Shown here in pieces: positions 63,996-64,000 of a DNA stretch of 64,000 bases (the first letter of the stretch is position 1; each line of letters opens with the position of its first letter). The notes under the pieces are model-generated. The model was not told the DNA's origin. It saw only the letters and a list, made by a program, of their open reading frames with translations, and made no database searches. Both the position numbers and the translations under genes were made by a program. Location of the stretch: assembly GCF_001194135.2 (NCBI RefSeq), contig NC_069005.1, positions 16,000,495-16,064,494 on the forward strand, in the 5' to 3' direction. The stretch comes from Octopus bimaculoides. Lineage: Eukaryota.

Positions 63996-64000
63996 TATTA

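Overview
AT-rich, microsatellite- and transposon-dense animal genomic DNA with about 13 N-gaps. The repeat repertoire and intron sizes suggest a coleoid cephalopod, probably Octopus (inference, not shown by the sequence). The only well-supported host gene runs on the minus strand: four phase-0 coiled-coil exons (62161-62280, 31501-31632, 17303-17482, 16339-16455) that join into the N-terminal region of a RIM-binding protein (RIMBP2/TSPOAP1 family); the gene continues beyond both window edges. The introns hold Tc1/mariner, DD37D(maT), pogo, piggyBac-type MITE, Helitron, Penelope, RTE and CR1/L2 relics and dozens of tRNA-derived SINEs. Most notable observations: (1) four different minimal hammerhead-ribozyme relics, each one or two core changes from consensus, one fused behind a tRNA-SINE head and also present as a head-to-head palindrome; (2) a CCAAT/TATA promoter-like island plus candidate extra exons inside the 30.5 kb intron, suggesting an alternative short RIM-BP isoform; (3) a TIR element with TATA target duplication encoding a SAP domain; (4) long fold-back hairpins close to exons, candidate ADAR substrates. 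Most long ORFs in the supplied track are microsatellite, N-gap or antisense artefacts. All family assignments come from recalled motifs; no database search was run.
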